A stretch of 64,000 nucleotides of DNA, from assembly GCA_000146045.2 (NCBI GenBank), contig BK006949.2:480001-544000 (forward strand), read 5' to 3'. Position numbers and translations under genes: made by a program. The DNA is from TPA_inf: Saccharomyces. Taxonomy: Eukaryota. Of the stretch, positions 11,365 to 23,516 are shown one piece after another; the stretch's first letter is position 1; the number at the start of each line of letters is the position of its first letter. The notes beneath the pieces are model-generated. The model had not been told where the DNA came from, did no database searches, and was given only the letters and a program-made list of their open reading frames with translations.

Positions 11365-12017
11365 AACTATAACGTGTGTGAGGGCGAGCAAAGCAATTAA
11401 ACGAAATTGATCTTATTGGTGAGCGTCAGACTGCTGGAGTTGTGTGTTATAAAATGAAAGAAAAAAAAAAGGAAGTAAAACCAGGGAACGAACCGATAAC
11501 TATTTCTCCCCTTTCTGTTTGTTCTTGGTTTTGCTTGCTTTGTTCTGATCAAGACCAAAAATAGCTGGGTGGCTACGAATAAGAAGGCCAAGATTAGAAG
11601 TGTGTTACTCTCACTAATTGACTGTTTAAAAATAAATAAACAAACAGGTTCAAAGAAACGAGAATAAACAAACAACGAACGCCAACGGAAAGAACCGACG
11701 TTGTGTTTGCGTTTACGTTCTGCTCTCTCACTTGACACAACACGAAGACCGAAAACAGCTTGGGAAGCATTCACCGATCGTTATTCGAGAGGTTTCCAGT
11801 TTCCTTTTTTTTTTTTTTCACTCGCGGTATAAACGAATGAAAAAAAATAAAAAATTTTCATGTTTTTCCGTTCCGGAAGACAAAGCCTGTCCGCCTTTAA
11901 GGCGGTAAAAGCCGTCGTAAAGGCTGTCGTAAGATGAGACTAAAGTAATAGTAGTGTATTATAGATGATTATTATCATTATATATACATGGCTACGGTTT
12001 TTCGCTGACGGGCTGCG

Positions 12018-12918
12018 TTATGAAGCGTGGTGGTAGTACTCTGCAAACCAAGGGTGATGCAGAGCCTGCTTGGCGCTCAGCCTCATATCCGGATTAAGTT
12101 GCAAGAGTCCGTGTAAGAAATCCATGAGATTCCCGTCTAGCGGTTCTTTGGTGTGTGGTTGCAATACTTGACGTAGGTCTCTTGGTGGTCGTTGCTGGAT
12201 ATTTGGGTTGTATTTGGGTAACTTTGTTACACTGGGCCATAGGGACTCATTAGGAGTGCCCATGATGTCGAAGATCAATTTCAGTTGTTCTTCGTCGTTG
12301 GTGCCAGGAAACAAAGGCTTACCCGTTATCATTTCCGCAAGAATGCACCCACACGACCATATATCAATGGATGTGGAGTACGTCCTAGAACCCATTAGCA
12401 CATCAGGAGCACGGTACCACAACGTTACGACTTCGCTTGAAAATGTGTTGACCGGAATACCGAAAGCACGGGCCAGACCGAAATCACCCAATTTCAACTG
12501 GCCTCTCTTGTTGATTAATAGGTTTTGAGGTTTTAAATCACGGTGGAGAATCTTGTTTTCATGGCAAAAGGCCAGCCCTTGCAGTAGTTGCCACTGGAAG
12601 TATTTAACCAAGTTTAGTTCTAGCCCTCTTGGTGTGTTGCCCACGGTGCGGGAATCCATGTATTTCTTTAAATCGTTGTCCATGAATTCAAAAACCAAAG
12701 TCAACTTGTTCTCTGTGTGAATAACGTCATAAAGTCTAACAATGTTCTCATGTTTCAATTCTTTCATTAGGGAGATCTCACGGATGGCCGTAGAGGGTGT
12801 ACCTTCCTCTGAATCCAGTTTTACCTCTTTCAGGGCAACATATACCCCTGTGGTTTTGTTCAGTCCCTTGTACACTGTGGCATACGTACCATTGCCAAGC
12901 TTTTCTAACTGCTTAAAT
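12018..12918 (-). CDS. PHO85: Pho85 cyclin-dependent kinase, exon 2
   Basis: Protein kinase with the PSTAIRE helix, [10 protein letters not shown] and DFGLAR. The frame continues from exon 1 across a canonical intron, and exon 1 plus exon 2 give 305 aa. Confidence 0.9.
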
Positions 12919-13020
12919 CTGTTCATAGAGCTCGAGGTTGATTTTTTCTCGTATATATGTTAGTATTCATCATTTCTAGTTCTTTACTTTCCAATGATAC
13001 TTGACTAGAAAACTACATAC
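12919..13020 (-). other. PHO85: PHO85 spliceosomal intron (102 nt): 5' GTATGT, branch point TACTAAC, 3' AACAG
   Basis: On the minus strand the sequence reads ATGTCTTCTTCTTCACA|GTATGT...AATACTAACATATATACGAG...AACAG|ATTTAAGCAG. Splicing restores MSSSSQFKQLEKL. Confidence 0.9.
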
Positions 13021-13037
13021 TGTGAAGAAGAAGACAT
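13021..13037 (-). CDS. PHO85: Pho85 exon 1 (17 nt; MSSSS plus the first two bases of the Gln codon)
   Basis: See the intron feature above. Confidence 0.9.
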
Positions 13038-13542
13038 TGGTATTGCTCAAGTTTGCCCAGTTTGCCGCGCTATATATCCCTTATCTGCAATTATACGCTA
13101 TATGGTAAAACTGGATTCCCTTTGTTATCTTTCAATTAGAAAGCTACGGGCTTACGAGTCTACGTGTATGGTGATTTGTACGGAAAATGAACTGCACACA
13201 GAGGACAAGCAAAGGGTCTAGGATAGATAGAAGTAGCGCATCCGGCCTGTCTATCCCTCCGTGTCTATCAATTCATTTAACGTGTCTGGACGGACTATGG
13301 TAACTACTTTTTGCGTTTTTGCACCTTCTTCCTGTTTTTTTGGTTTTAGTAGTGCACTTATTCTTCACTTTTTTGCTCTGCATTGTTAAAAATTTCATTT
13401 TTTGCATTTTGGAAAACCCGATGACATTATTCTTTGAAATAAACCATATCATTTAGAAAATGCGATTTCCATTACGCAAGATAGACAACGCATTTGGTCC
13501 GATTATATTGCTATCTTGTGATACTTCTCCTTTCTCTCAACA

Positions 13543-15246
13543 ATGACTGGCGACGGTAGTGCACATATTTCTAAAAACAATCAAAATCAACACAAAGATC
13601 GCTTCAAGTTTATTGTGAATGATAAAAGTATTCTAGGACCTCAATGGTTAAGCCTTTACCAAACGGATGGGAAAGTAACATTCGCAAAGTCCCACTTCGA
13701 GCAAGCAATGATGAACGTTATTAGAGAACCAAATATTAACTCTACTGTCATATTAAGAGCGGATATTTTGAAAGAGATCAATCATGCTGCAGAAGCTGGG
13801 TCTGAGCCAAAATTTGACGAGTCCGTATTAAAAAAGTTTGAGATCGATAATGGTAATGAAAGCGGTGAAGAAGATGTCAAGAAGATAAATATTGAAGATT
13901 TAAACATAAGGTCGTGTGAAACATCTGAGAGTTTAAAATTGTCACCCGTTCATGAATTTGTAAGAAGGATCATTCCTAGGAATTTTTACAAAGATGCTAT
14001 CATAAACCAAACATGTTTAATCCTAAATAGCAAAGACCCTAATTTTCAGGAGACCTCATTGATTGTATATACGCCGCACATTAACTCTGAGAAAGACTGT
14101 CCGTTTTATATTCCAAGAACGCAAAGTGTAGGCATTTTGTTACACCAGTCAGTTCTTTCTGTACACTACATTCCCTTCCCCGAGGATAAAACTGCCTTTA
14201 CAGATGAATCTGAGCGTGTTGTAAGAACCGCTTATAGGTTATTACAAACTGCTAACAAACACTCAAAGGGTGTGATGCAGGGTTATGAAAAGAGGGTCAA
14301 TCACGATCAAGTGGTAAATAAAGTCAATTTTCAGAACACATACATTGTTTTGAAGAAAAAATACTCCAAGTTCCTGGTGGAGAATTGGGCAGAGTCTACA
14401 GACCCAAAAAAACATGTTTTTGAAGACATAGCCATTGCCGCTTTCCTGATTGAATTATGGATTAAAGTGTACGGTCCAGACTTCCGTTCAAAAATGCAAT
14501 TTAGAGATTTGGGATGCGGCAATGGTGCTCTTTGTTATATTTTACTGAGTGAAAGTATTAAAGGTCTCGGCATAGATGCAAGGAAGCGCAAATCGTGGTC
14601 TATCTACCCGCCTGAAGTGCAATCATCGTTAAAGGAGCAAGTTATAATACCTTCTATCCTTTTAAGACCCCATCCTGCTTTGAAAAGACAAGTACCTCAT
14701 TTGGAACACAATGGGAGATTTTTCCCAGTCAAGGTGACGCACGAAGTGATTGCCCCCGCAACCGTCGTGTATTCAAGTGAGGACTTACTAAAATCTCCGC
14801 AGGTCAATACAGCAGAGTTCCCACCAGATACTTTTATTATAGGTAACCACTCAGATGAGTTGACTTGCTGGATCCCATTACTAGGTCATCCTTATATGGT
14901 TATACCTTGTTGCTCTCATAATTTTTCTGGCCAGAGAGTTCGTTTTAACGTAAGGAAACGTTCGCCTAGGTCAAATGAAATCAAAAACCAGAATAACAGT
15001 AAGAGCACCTACTCTGGTTTGGTTGATCACGTTGAATATATTTCATCTCGTGTAGGCTGGAAAGTAGAGAAAGAGATGTTAAGGATACCAAGCACAAGAA
15101 ATGCAGCCATCATAGGTGTAGAAAATGCAACCTTAAAGCATTTTCCAACGCAAGCAGTGTACGATATGATTTGGGAAGACGGTGGAGCTGAAGGGTGGAT
15201 TCAGAACACAATGTCCTTATTGAAAAGAAACCCAAGAAACCATTAA
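13543..15246 (+). CDS. TRM44: Trm44 tRNA(Ser) 2'-O-methyltransferase (567 aa)
   Basis: SAM-binding Gly motif DLGCGNGALCY, 567-aa length, and position YPL030W. Confidence 0.75.
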   Translation: MTGDGSAHISKNNQNQHKDRFKFIVNDKSILGPQWLSLYQTDGKVTFAKSHFEQAMMNVIREPNINSTVILRADILKEINHAAEAGSEPKFDESVLKKFEIDNGNESGEEDVKKINIEDLNIRSCETSESLKLSPVHEFVRRIIPRNFYKDAIINQTCLILNSKDPNFQETSLIVYTPHINSEKDCPFYIPRTQSVGILLHQSVLSVHYIPFPEDKTAFTDESERVVRTAYRLLQTANKHSKGVMQGYEKRVNHDQVVNKVNFQNTYIVLKKKYSKFLVENWAESTDPKKHVFEDIAIAAFLIELWIKVYGPDFRSKMQFRDLGCGNGALCYILLSESIKGLGIDARKRKSWSIYPPEVQSSLKEQVIIPSILLRPHPALKRQVPHLEHNGRFFPVKVTHEVIAPATVVYSSEDLLKSPQVNTAEFPPDTFIIGNHSDELTCWIPLLGHPYMVIPCCSHNFSGQRVRFNVRKRSPRSNEIKNQNNSKSTYSGLVDHVEYISSRVGWKVEKEMLRIPSTRNAAIIGVENATLKHFPTQAVYDMIWEDGGAEGWIQNTMSLLKRNPRNH

Positions 15247-15505
15247 ATAGATGTATCATCTATTATTTGTATGTGCGTTCATTTATAGACTAATTAGAAT
15301 ATCATACGTACATATAAGACTATACAATTTATCTAATTTTTTCATTTTTACTTAAAAATTGATGGTCCATCGTAAACAGCGTTAATAATTTCTTCGCCCG
15401 ATGCATAGACAATGAGAAGCCAAAATGCAGAAACTTGATACTTTCAAAGAAAGAGGTTCAACTATGAAAAGAAAGAAGATTTAAGTGCCGATAGAGTATA
15501 CTAGC

Positions 15506-17719
15506 ATGGCACTTGTCAAATACAGCACAGTTTTTTTTCCACTCCGATCATTGCGACTGTTTGTGTCCATCAAGAAAGCATATTACCACAGCGAGCCGCA
15601 TAGCATCGATCTATTTCATGATAAGGATTGGATTGTGAAAAGACCTAAATTCCTAAATTTACCCAAAAATGAACATTCAAAATTAGATATATTCCAGTTT
15701 AATTTTAACAAGTCCGAAAGCAATAATGTGTATTTACAGGATTCATCATTTAAAGATAACCTTGATAAAGCGATGCAATTTATCTATAACGATAAATTGT
15801 CATCCTTGGATGCCAAGCAAGTACCAATAAAGAATCTTGCTTGGTTGAAATTAAGAGATTACATATATCAACAACTAAAAGATCCGAAACTGCAAGCCAA
15901 AACCTATGTACCTTCGGTAAGTGAGATCATACATCCTTCATCTCCTGGCAATTTGATTTCGTTGCTGATAAATTGCAATAAAATCAGCAATTTAGTCTGG
16001 AAATCTGTTCTCAAATATAGCCTGAGTAACAATATAACTACATTGGATAAATTTATCCACGTCCTGCAACAGACCTTCGACCATGTGTACGAGCAGGAGA
16101 TACTACCCATGATGACGAATACAGATGATACAGATGGCGCTCACAACGTTGACATAACAAATCCAGCAGAGTGGTTTCCGGAGGCAAGAAAGATTAGAAG
16201 ACATATAATCATGCACATTGGGCCCACGAATTCAGGCAAAACTTATAGAGCGTTACAGAAATTGAAATCCGTGGACCGTGGGTACTACGCAGGGCCGTTA
16301 AGACTGCTAGCAAGGGAAGTGTACGATAGATTTCATGCAGAAAAGATAAGATGCAATTTACTGACTGGAGAGGAAGTTATTCGTGATTTGGATGATAGAG
16401 GAAATTCAGCAGGGCTGACATCAGGCACAGTAGAAATGGTGCCAATAAATCAAAAATTTGACGTTGTTGTTCTTGATGAAATTCAAATGATGTCTGATGG
16501 GGATCGTGGCTGGGCTTGGACGAACGCGCTTTTAGGTGTCGTTTCCAAGGAGGTCCATCTTTGTGGTGAAAAGAGTGTTCTACCTTTGGTTAAGAGCATT
16601 GTTAAAATGACTGGCGATAAATTAACGATTAATGAATATGAGAGGTTAGGAAAGTTAAGTGTTGAAGAAAAACCTATCAAAGATGGCATCAAAGGTTTGC
16701 GCAAAGGAGATTGCGTCGTTGCGTTTTCAAAGAAGAAAATATTGGATCTCAAGCTAAAGATAGAGAAAGACACCAATTTGAAAGTTGCTGTAATTTATGG
16801 CTCTTTGCCGCCTGAAACACGTGTTCAACAAGCCGCCCTATTCAACAATGGAGAGTATGACATAATGGTAGCATCAGACGCTATTGGTATGGGTTTAAAC
16901 CTGTCTATTGACAGAGTTGTATTCACGACAAATATGAAATATAATGGTGAAGAACTAATGGAAATGACTTCTTCTCAAATCAAACAAATAGGTGGTCGTG
17001 CGGGAAGGTTCAAATCTAGATCTGCCTCCGGGGGTGTTCCTCAGGGTTTTATCACCAGTTTCGAATCAAAAGTTTTGAAAAGTGTAAGAAAAGCTATTGA
17101 AGCACCTGTGGAGTATTTAAAAACTGCGGTTACATGGCCTACAGATGAAATATGTGCTCAACTAATGACACAATTCCCACCAGGAACGCCGACCAGTGTC
17201 CTGCTGCAGACTATTTCAGATGAGCTAGAGAAAAGTTCTGACAACCTGTTCACGTTATCTGATTTAAAGAGCAAACTGAAAGTTATTGGCTTATTCGAGC
17301 ACATGGAAGATATCCCATTTTTCGACAAGCTGAAACTAAGCAATGCGCCCGTGAAGGACATGCCTATGGTCACAAAGGCGTTCACCAAATTTTGCGAAAC
17401 AATAGCAAAAAGGCATACAAGAGGCCTACTGTCATACCGATTACCTTTTAACCTACTGGACTACAATTGCATACCGAATGAGAGTTATTCATTAGAGGTT
17501 TATGAGTCATTGTACAACATCATTACTCTATACTTCTGGCTCAGCAACAGGTACCCAAACTACTTCATTGACATGGAATCTGCTAAAGATTTGAAGTATT
17601 TCTGTGAGATGATTATTTTCGAGAAACTTGATCGATTAAAGAAGAATCCTTACGCACATAAGCCCTTTGGTTCTACAAGAGGTCACCTCTCATCTTCGAG
17701 AAGAAGATTGCGTACATAA
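15506..17719 (+). CDS. SUV3: Suv3 mitochondrial ATP-dependent RNA helicase (737 aa)
   Basis: Walker A motif GPTNSGKT with DEIQ and helicase C-terminal motifs. The track ORF starts at a GTG at 15485; the first ATG at 15506 gives 737 aa. Confidence 0.85.
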   Translation: MALVKYSTVFFPLRSLRLFVSIKKAYYHSEPHSIDLFHDKDWIVKRPKFLNLPKNEHSKLDIFQFNFNKSESNNVYLQDSSFKDNLDKAMQFIYNDKLSSLDAKQVPIKNLAWLKLRDYIYQQLKDPKLQAKTYVPSVSEIIHPSSPGNLISLLINCNKISNLVWKSVLKYSLSNNITTLDKFIHVLQQTFDHVYEQEILPMMTNTDDTDGAHNVDITNPAEWFPEARKIRRHIIMHIGPTNSGKTYRALQKLKSVDRGYYAGPLRLLAREVYDRFHAEKIRCNLLTGEEVIRDLDDRGNSAGLTSGTVEMVPINQKFDVVVLDEIQMMSDGDRGWAWTNALLGVVSKEVHLCGEKSVLPLVKSIVKMTGDKLTINEYERLGKLSVEEKPIKDGIKGLRKGDCVVAFSKKKILDLKLKIEKDTNLKVAVIYGSLPPETRVQQAALFNNGEYDIMVASDAIGMGLNLSIDRVVFTTNMKYNGEELMEMTSSQIKQIGGRAGRFKSRSASGGVPQGFITSFESKVLKSVRKAIEAPVEYLKTAVTWPTDEICAQLMTQFPPGTPTSVLLQTISDELEKSSDNLFTLSDLKSKLKVIGLFEHMEDIPFFDKLKLSNAPVKDMPMVTKAFTKFCETIAKRHTRGLLSYRLPFNLLDYNCIPNESYSLEVYESLYNIITLYFWLSNRYPNYFIDMESAKDLKYFCEMIIFEKLDRLKKNPYAHKPFGSTRGHLSSSRRRLRT

Positions 17720-18008
17720 TCTACGATATATCCTGTAAATAGAAACAGCTACACTGCTTGAAAGCCTTAACATGATACATTTCTGGTATGATGCCATTGT
17801 TGTGCCCTGCCGGGTTTATCGTTTCCTAACAGGCACGTCACTTATAACGAGGTGCCTGTCGTTTACCGCCCAAGCCGGTTTTTTCGCTGGAGAGTACGGT
17901 ACTACTAGCCCACCACACGTTCGTGGCCAGGTTGATAGGCCACCGTTGAGCAAAGGGCAGTAAAATATATAAAAGAGGAACAAGCGCTTCCATTAAGAGC
18001 ACTGCTAA

Positions 18009-19292
<1,284 letters not shown>

Positions 19293-19664
19293 TTACGTTC
19301 TGCGATTTTCTCATGATCTTTTTCATAAAATACATAAATATATAAATGGCTTTATGTATAACAGGCATAATTTAAAGTTTTATTTGCGATTCATCGTTTT
19401 TCAGGTACTCAAACGCTGAGGTGTGCCTTTTGACTTACTTTTCCGCCTTGGCAAGCTGGCCGGGTGATACTTGCACAAGTTCCACTAATTACTGACATTT
19501 GTGGTATTAACTCGTTTGACTGCTCTACAATTGTAGGATGTTAATCAATGTCTTGGCTGCCTTCATTCTCTTCAGGCTCTATTAATTTTAACCGTTATAA
19601 GTTCCTTTTCTCCCTTGGAAGCAAACATCAACTGCCTTAAAATCTGGTGGCGAGGAAAGAGGAA

Positions 19665-20402
19665 ATGGCATGTACTAATGATGGTCCTAATAAATATCCC
19701 GAAATTGTGAGTGTTAAGCACCTGTTCCAACATTCGGGATCCAAGCATGAATTTAGTGCTGGTAAACGATTTTCAAAATCCATTGGTAAAATATTCAAAC
19801 GAAACTCTGCTTTGAAAACTTCTAGAACTGAAACGGCAAATCATAAAATGGAATTGAAAAAAAGAGAGGGTGTTACCTTATTGCCACCTGTCCCAGAATC
19901 ATTATTACATAAACTCAATTCTTGGTTGGAAACTTTTTCTTCCACCAAGAACATGAAAATCGAAGAAAACAAAATTGTTATTAATGAAAAAGAGATTCGG
20001 GATTCAGTCTCTTACTACCCTGATAAGAATGGAGGAAGTGCTGTATTTTGTTACTTGCCCGACCTTGTGCTATATTATAAGCCGCCTATAAAAGTCACAG
20101 GCAAGCAATGTCCAATAAAGAGAAGTCCTTGGGAATCGATGGAAATCCAATATCAAAAGTTTATGTACCCCTTAGAAAGGTTGGAAAGACAGTTTGAGGA
20201 AGTTCCATTTAGGCCCTGGTATTTTGCAATGCGATTAAAGGAACTTTACAGATGCTGTGAAAGGTCTTTTACTAACGCGGCAAATAGAGGAAAGGCAAGG
20301 TTATTGCGGGGGAAGCAAAGGACGAAAAAATCGTATCATAAGACTGTCAACCTGGTATCAGCGAAGATTTCCACCCATTCAAATGCGCCGTCGCCGGGCT
20401 GA
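19665..20402 (+). CDS. SMA1: Sma1, spore membrane assembly protein (245 aa), by synteny
   Basis: The first ATG at 19665 gives MACTNDGPNKY... and 245 aa. Position YPL027W. Confidence 0.6.
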   Translation: MACTNDGPNKYPEIVSVKHLFQHSGSKHEFSAGKRFSKSIGKIFKRNSALKTSRTETANHKMELKKREGVTLLPPVPESLLHKLNSWLETFSSTKNMKIEENKIVINEKEIRDSVSYYPDKNGGSAVFCYLPDLVLYYKPPIKVTGKQCPIKRSPWESMEIQYQKFMYPLERLERQFEEVPFRPWYFAMRLKELYRCCERSFTNAANRGKARLLRGKQRTKKSYHKTVNLVSAKISTHSNAPSPG

Positions 20403-20674
20403 GAAACAAAAAAAGTGACTAAGTTCTGTCATTCTATCATTATTGTAATTAGTTATGTAGGACATATATATCCATAGTGATCTCCTTTTGATCAAAGAAG
20501 ACACTGAAAAGTCGTAAGTTCGTAAAAAAAGTATGAAAATCGTTCCAGCCATTGCTTATAGCCATCCTAGTAGGATACTAGAAAAAAAACAAACCTCAAA
20601 GATAAAAAGAAAAGGTGAAGCTATTACCGAATTAGAACATAAGATAATACAGTGAGTATAAAGGTGAGACCTGC

Positions 20675-22183
20675 TCAATAATCTGGTAACCATTTCTCGT
20701 TTGGACCGTCTGTTAAAGTAGAAAAATTCATTTGTAAGCATAATAGCCTATTTCTTAATGTATCTTGTTGGAATTTGCAATCTTTGGAAGCACTAACGTC
20801 ATCGATATCAGATTGGTAAGGTGTACTGTCCATTGAGGAAGTTAAAAAGGTACTATTATTGTGGTTGTTAGTGTATTCATACTTTTCCATACTTCCGTCA
20901 CTATTATACGTTGATGGAATATCACTCTCCGGTTCAGCATCTTCCTCTTCTTGCTGCTGTTGTGCTTGTTCCTGGTTTTGTATTTGTTCTTGTTTTTGTT
21001 CCTGTTCTTGTTCTTGGACTTGCTGTTGTTGTTGTTGCTGTTGTTGTTGTTGTTCTTGGTCTGCAGAAAAATGTGATAAATCGCTCAAAAATAGGTTTTC
21101 ATTCCTTATAATATGCGTCATGTAAACTTCGCTCGATAGGATTGGAACTTGAGACAAGGGCCCTTCCCTGGTGAAAGAAGTAAGAGAGGAAACTTCGGAC
21201 ATCAAAGTTTTCATGTCTATTCTTGTGTATGGATTTAGTTGTAGAATTTTCGTCAACACTGTGAACAGCTCATCTGATATAGGAAGGATTTTCTTCAGGA
21301 CATTATTATCGTTAGCAAAATGTTGAAATGTGTTATCCTCCTTCTGGTGAGCTTTTAACCATGGGTTTCTTATGCAAGTTAAATTAATTAGGATGATGCC
21401 TAGAGACCATATATCTCCTGTATCCGTAGGGAGGCTCGAACAGCATTCGTCGACGTGTATGCCGTTGGTGGTGGTATTCAAACAATACAATATTCTTTCT
21501 GGAGCCATATAATATGAACTGCCAACGCACACATTTGGAGCTAGATATTTAGATTTAGTGGAAAGCCCGAAATCGCAAAGATAAGCGTTGTCATTGCGAT
21601 CCAGTAGGACATTTTCAGGTTTGATATCACAATGATATATACCGAGACGATGACAGTGATCTAATGCGGAGCAAAGCTGCAGAAAAACTTTCTTAATCAA
21701 AATACCATGATTTACAAAATGCTTATCGTCAACTATCGAGGTGAAAAGGTCCCTGTCGTAATAATCCATCACTATAAAAGTGGCAATAGAAGATTCTAAA
21801 ACTTGGTGAATCTTCACGATATTGCCGTGAGACTGCACTCTTAGTTGGAAGGCAATCTCCCTGTAGTGTGGTAGCCTATTTAGTTCATTCTCAGTCAACT
21901 GTAATATCGAGTCTAGATCAACGGAAGGTAAGAACAATTTTTTTTGGAAACTTTTGAAAAAATGATACAGTTGCGTTTGCAGAAGAGTGGTTCGCGCCAC
22001 TTGAGAGTTGTTGTTCAAACCGTTCTTATTATAAAACTCATCCATCGAGGAGGATTTGAAGACCGTTTTCACTGCATATTCACGGCTCGTCAGTATATCC
22101 ACCACATGGAACACTAGTCCATACGCACCCGACCCTATTTGAGCCGTTATTCTGAAATTGTTCAGCAAGCAGTCTGACAGCAT
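20675..22183 (-). CDS. SKS1: Sks1 Ser/Thr protein kinase (502 aa) with a C-terminal poly-Q/E tract
   Basis: Kinase motifs GSGAYGLV, HCDIKPENVLL and DFGLS. Position YPL026C. Confidence 0.8.
   Translation of the reverse strand: MLSDCLLNNFRITAQIGSGAYGLVFHVVDILTSREYAVKTVFKSSSMDEFYNKNGLNNNSQVARTTLLQTQLYHFFKSFQKKLFLPSVDLDSILQLTENELNRLPHYREIAFQLRVQSHGNIVKIHQVLESSIATFIVMDYYDRDLFTSIVDDKHFVNHGILIKKVFLQLCSALDHCHRLGIYHCDIKPENVLLDRNDNAYLCDFGLSTKSKYLAPNVCVGSSYYMAPERILYCLNTTTNGIHVDECCSSLPTDTGDIWSLGIILINLTCIRNPWLKAHQKEDNTFQHFANDNNVLKKILPISDELFTVLTKILQLNPYTRIDMKTLMSEVSSLTSFTREGPLSQVPILSSEVYMTHIIRNENLFLSDLSHFSADQEQQQQQQQQQQQVQEQEQEQKQEQIQNQEQAQQQQEEEDAEPESDIPSTYNSDGSMEKYEYTNNHNNSTFLTSSMDSTPYQSDIDDVSASKDCKFQQDTLRNRLLCLQMNFSTLTDGPNEKWLPDY
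20950..21060 (-). repeat. SKS1: imperfect (CAA/CAG/GAA)n tract encoding QQQQQQQQQQQQVQEQEQEQKQEQ in Sks1
   Basis: A ttg/ctg/ttc triplet run on the plus strand. Confidence 0.9.
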
Positions 22184-23377
22184 TTGTACACAAAATTTCT
22201 TGTCTGTGTTCTTATTTGATGTTTTCTTTTAAAGAGTTTTGTTTCCGCTAGGGCGATTTAAGTCAATAAGTAAATTTAACAATTTACTAAATATATTTTG
22301 TATAATATATAAGAATATACGCCTTAAGAATGTCCTCTCATGCGAAAAAGGTAGCAAGAGCATAAAAAGGAAAAAGAAAACGCTATAGTCATTTGTAGGC
22401 TCTTGTCTTTCTTCGTCTTCGTCCCGTGAGTGCGGACTCAGAAAACACCGCAATGATGTGGGTCCGGAATATCTATTGCACAGTTTTAGTAGGGTCACCG
22501 ATATCGTTAAGGTTTGTGGTAGGAACAGAAGGTACTGCCGGCCCTGTATACTGCCCTTTTGTTCCGACCATTTCTTTTTTGCATTTGTCCCAAGATTCTC
22601 TCTCCCCACAAAATCTGCTCAAGTATCTGTCCAACGCGCTTTCTTCGGCTGATAGATAAGTTCCGATTTCGTGGGAAGCAAAAAAAAAAAAAAAAAGAAA
22701 AAAAGAGTCTGTCCGAGAAATGTCCCGGAAAACGTGGGTGTGCGGTGAGGAGATTGTACTTCCATCCCACATTCCTCGTGTTTGATTGGCTGCAAGCCAC
22801 TTGATGCCTAGAAAAGAAACACCGCGTGGTGCATCTATGTCCATATCACGCGCGCTAAAACAGCATGTAGAGAGCGCGAGGGCGGCGTACTGCACCATTC
22901 TAATAGGAAATCCGGGATGAATGCCCTCTCCGGAAATACCTCCACTAAGCCTCAATGGAAAGTTGTTCCGCTCACGCGAACAGGTTTTTCCGGGGAGTCG
23001 AGAACTACAGTGACGTAAATACGACGACATCGCTAGAGCCAGCAGAAGCCTCCATACATTCAGACTAATTAGTTGACGGGCTTGAGCCAACTAGACATAT
23101 TATGTAGGCACATATGCTCCAACCAATACATATGTGTACATAGAGTACAGCTCTTCCCAGCGCATCCGCTATCGTCCTCTTGACAGGTCCGGCTATTTAT
23201 TATCCGCGGCATCCGCGGCCCAGCGCACAATAATAGATTACTTTGCAATGCAAGCGGTCTTGGCTGTTTGCTCTGAGGGTCCATCTTCGTTTATTTCTTT
23301 ATTTACTAAATTAATTATGATACTGCACTCAGGACGGGCCAAGAAAGCATGTAGCGTGAAGAGAAACTAATTATTAA

Positions 23378-23430
23378 GAAAAAAGAAAAAAAAAAAAAAA
23401 AAAAAAAAGAAAAGGAAAAAGGAAAAAGAT
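23378..23430. repeat. poly(dA) tract (23 pure A within a purine run of about 50 nt) about 100 bp upstream of RMI1
   Basis: Read directly. It resembles the poly(dA:dT) nucleosome-excluding elements of yeast promoters. Confidence 0.9.
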
Positions 23431-23516
23431 AAACCAATCATACAATCTTTACAGAAAGGGAGTACTGAGAAGAAGGCCAAAATACTGCAGAGCATACATA
23501 CTACCGAGTGGATGGA

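Noticed and set aside
11397-11774. 125-aa minus-strand ORF in the SVL3 promoter / PHO85 downstream region.
   Set aside because: It is T-rich and low-complexity (FFFFHF...), has no ATG context, and lies across a poly(dT) tract. It is probably 5'-UTR or promoter sequence.
20859-21125. Cys/Val-rich plus-strand ORFs (88 and 66 aa) antisense to the SKS1 poly-Q tract.
   Set aside because: They are an artefact of the CAA/CAG repeat, which reads as TTG/CTG codons on the other strand.
22229-23370. Several 60-205-aa ORFs on both strands in the SKS1-RMI1 intergenic region, including a 185-aa ATG-initiated frame at 22473..23030 that would correspond to the dubious YPL025C.
   Set aside because: The ORFs overlap each other in multiple frames. 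GC-rich composition inflates ORF length, and there are no domains. I report them as a region of interest, not as genes.
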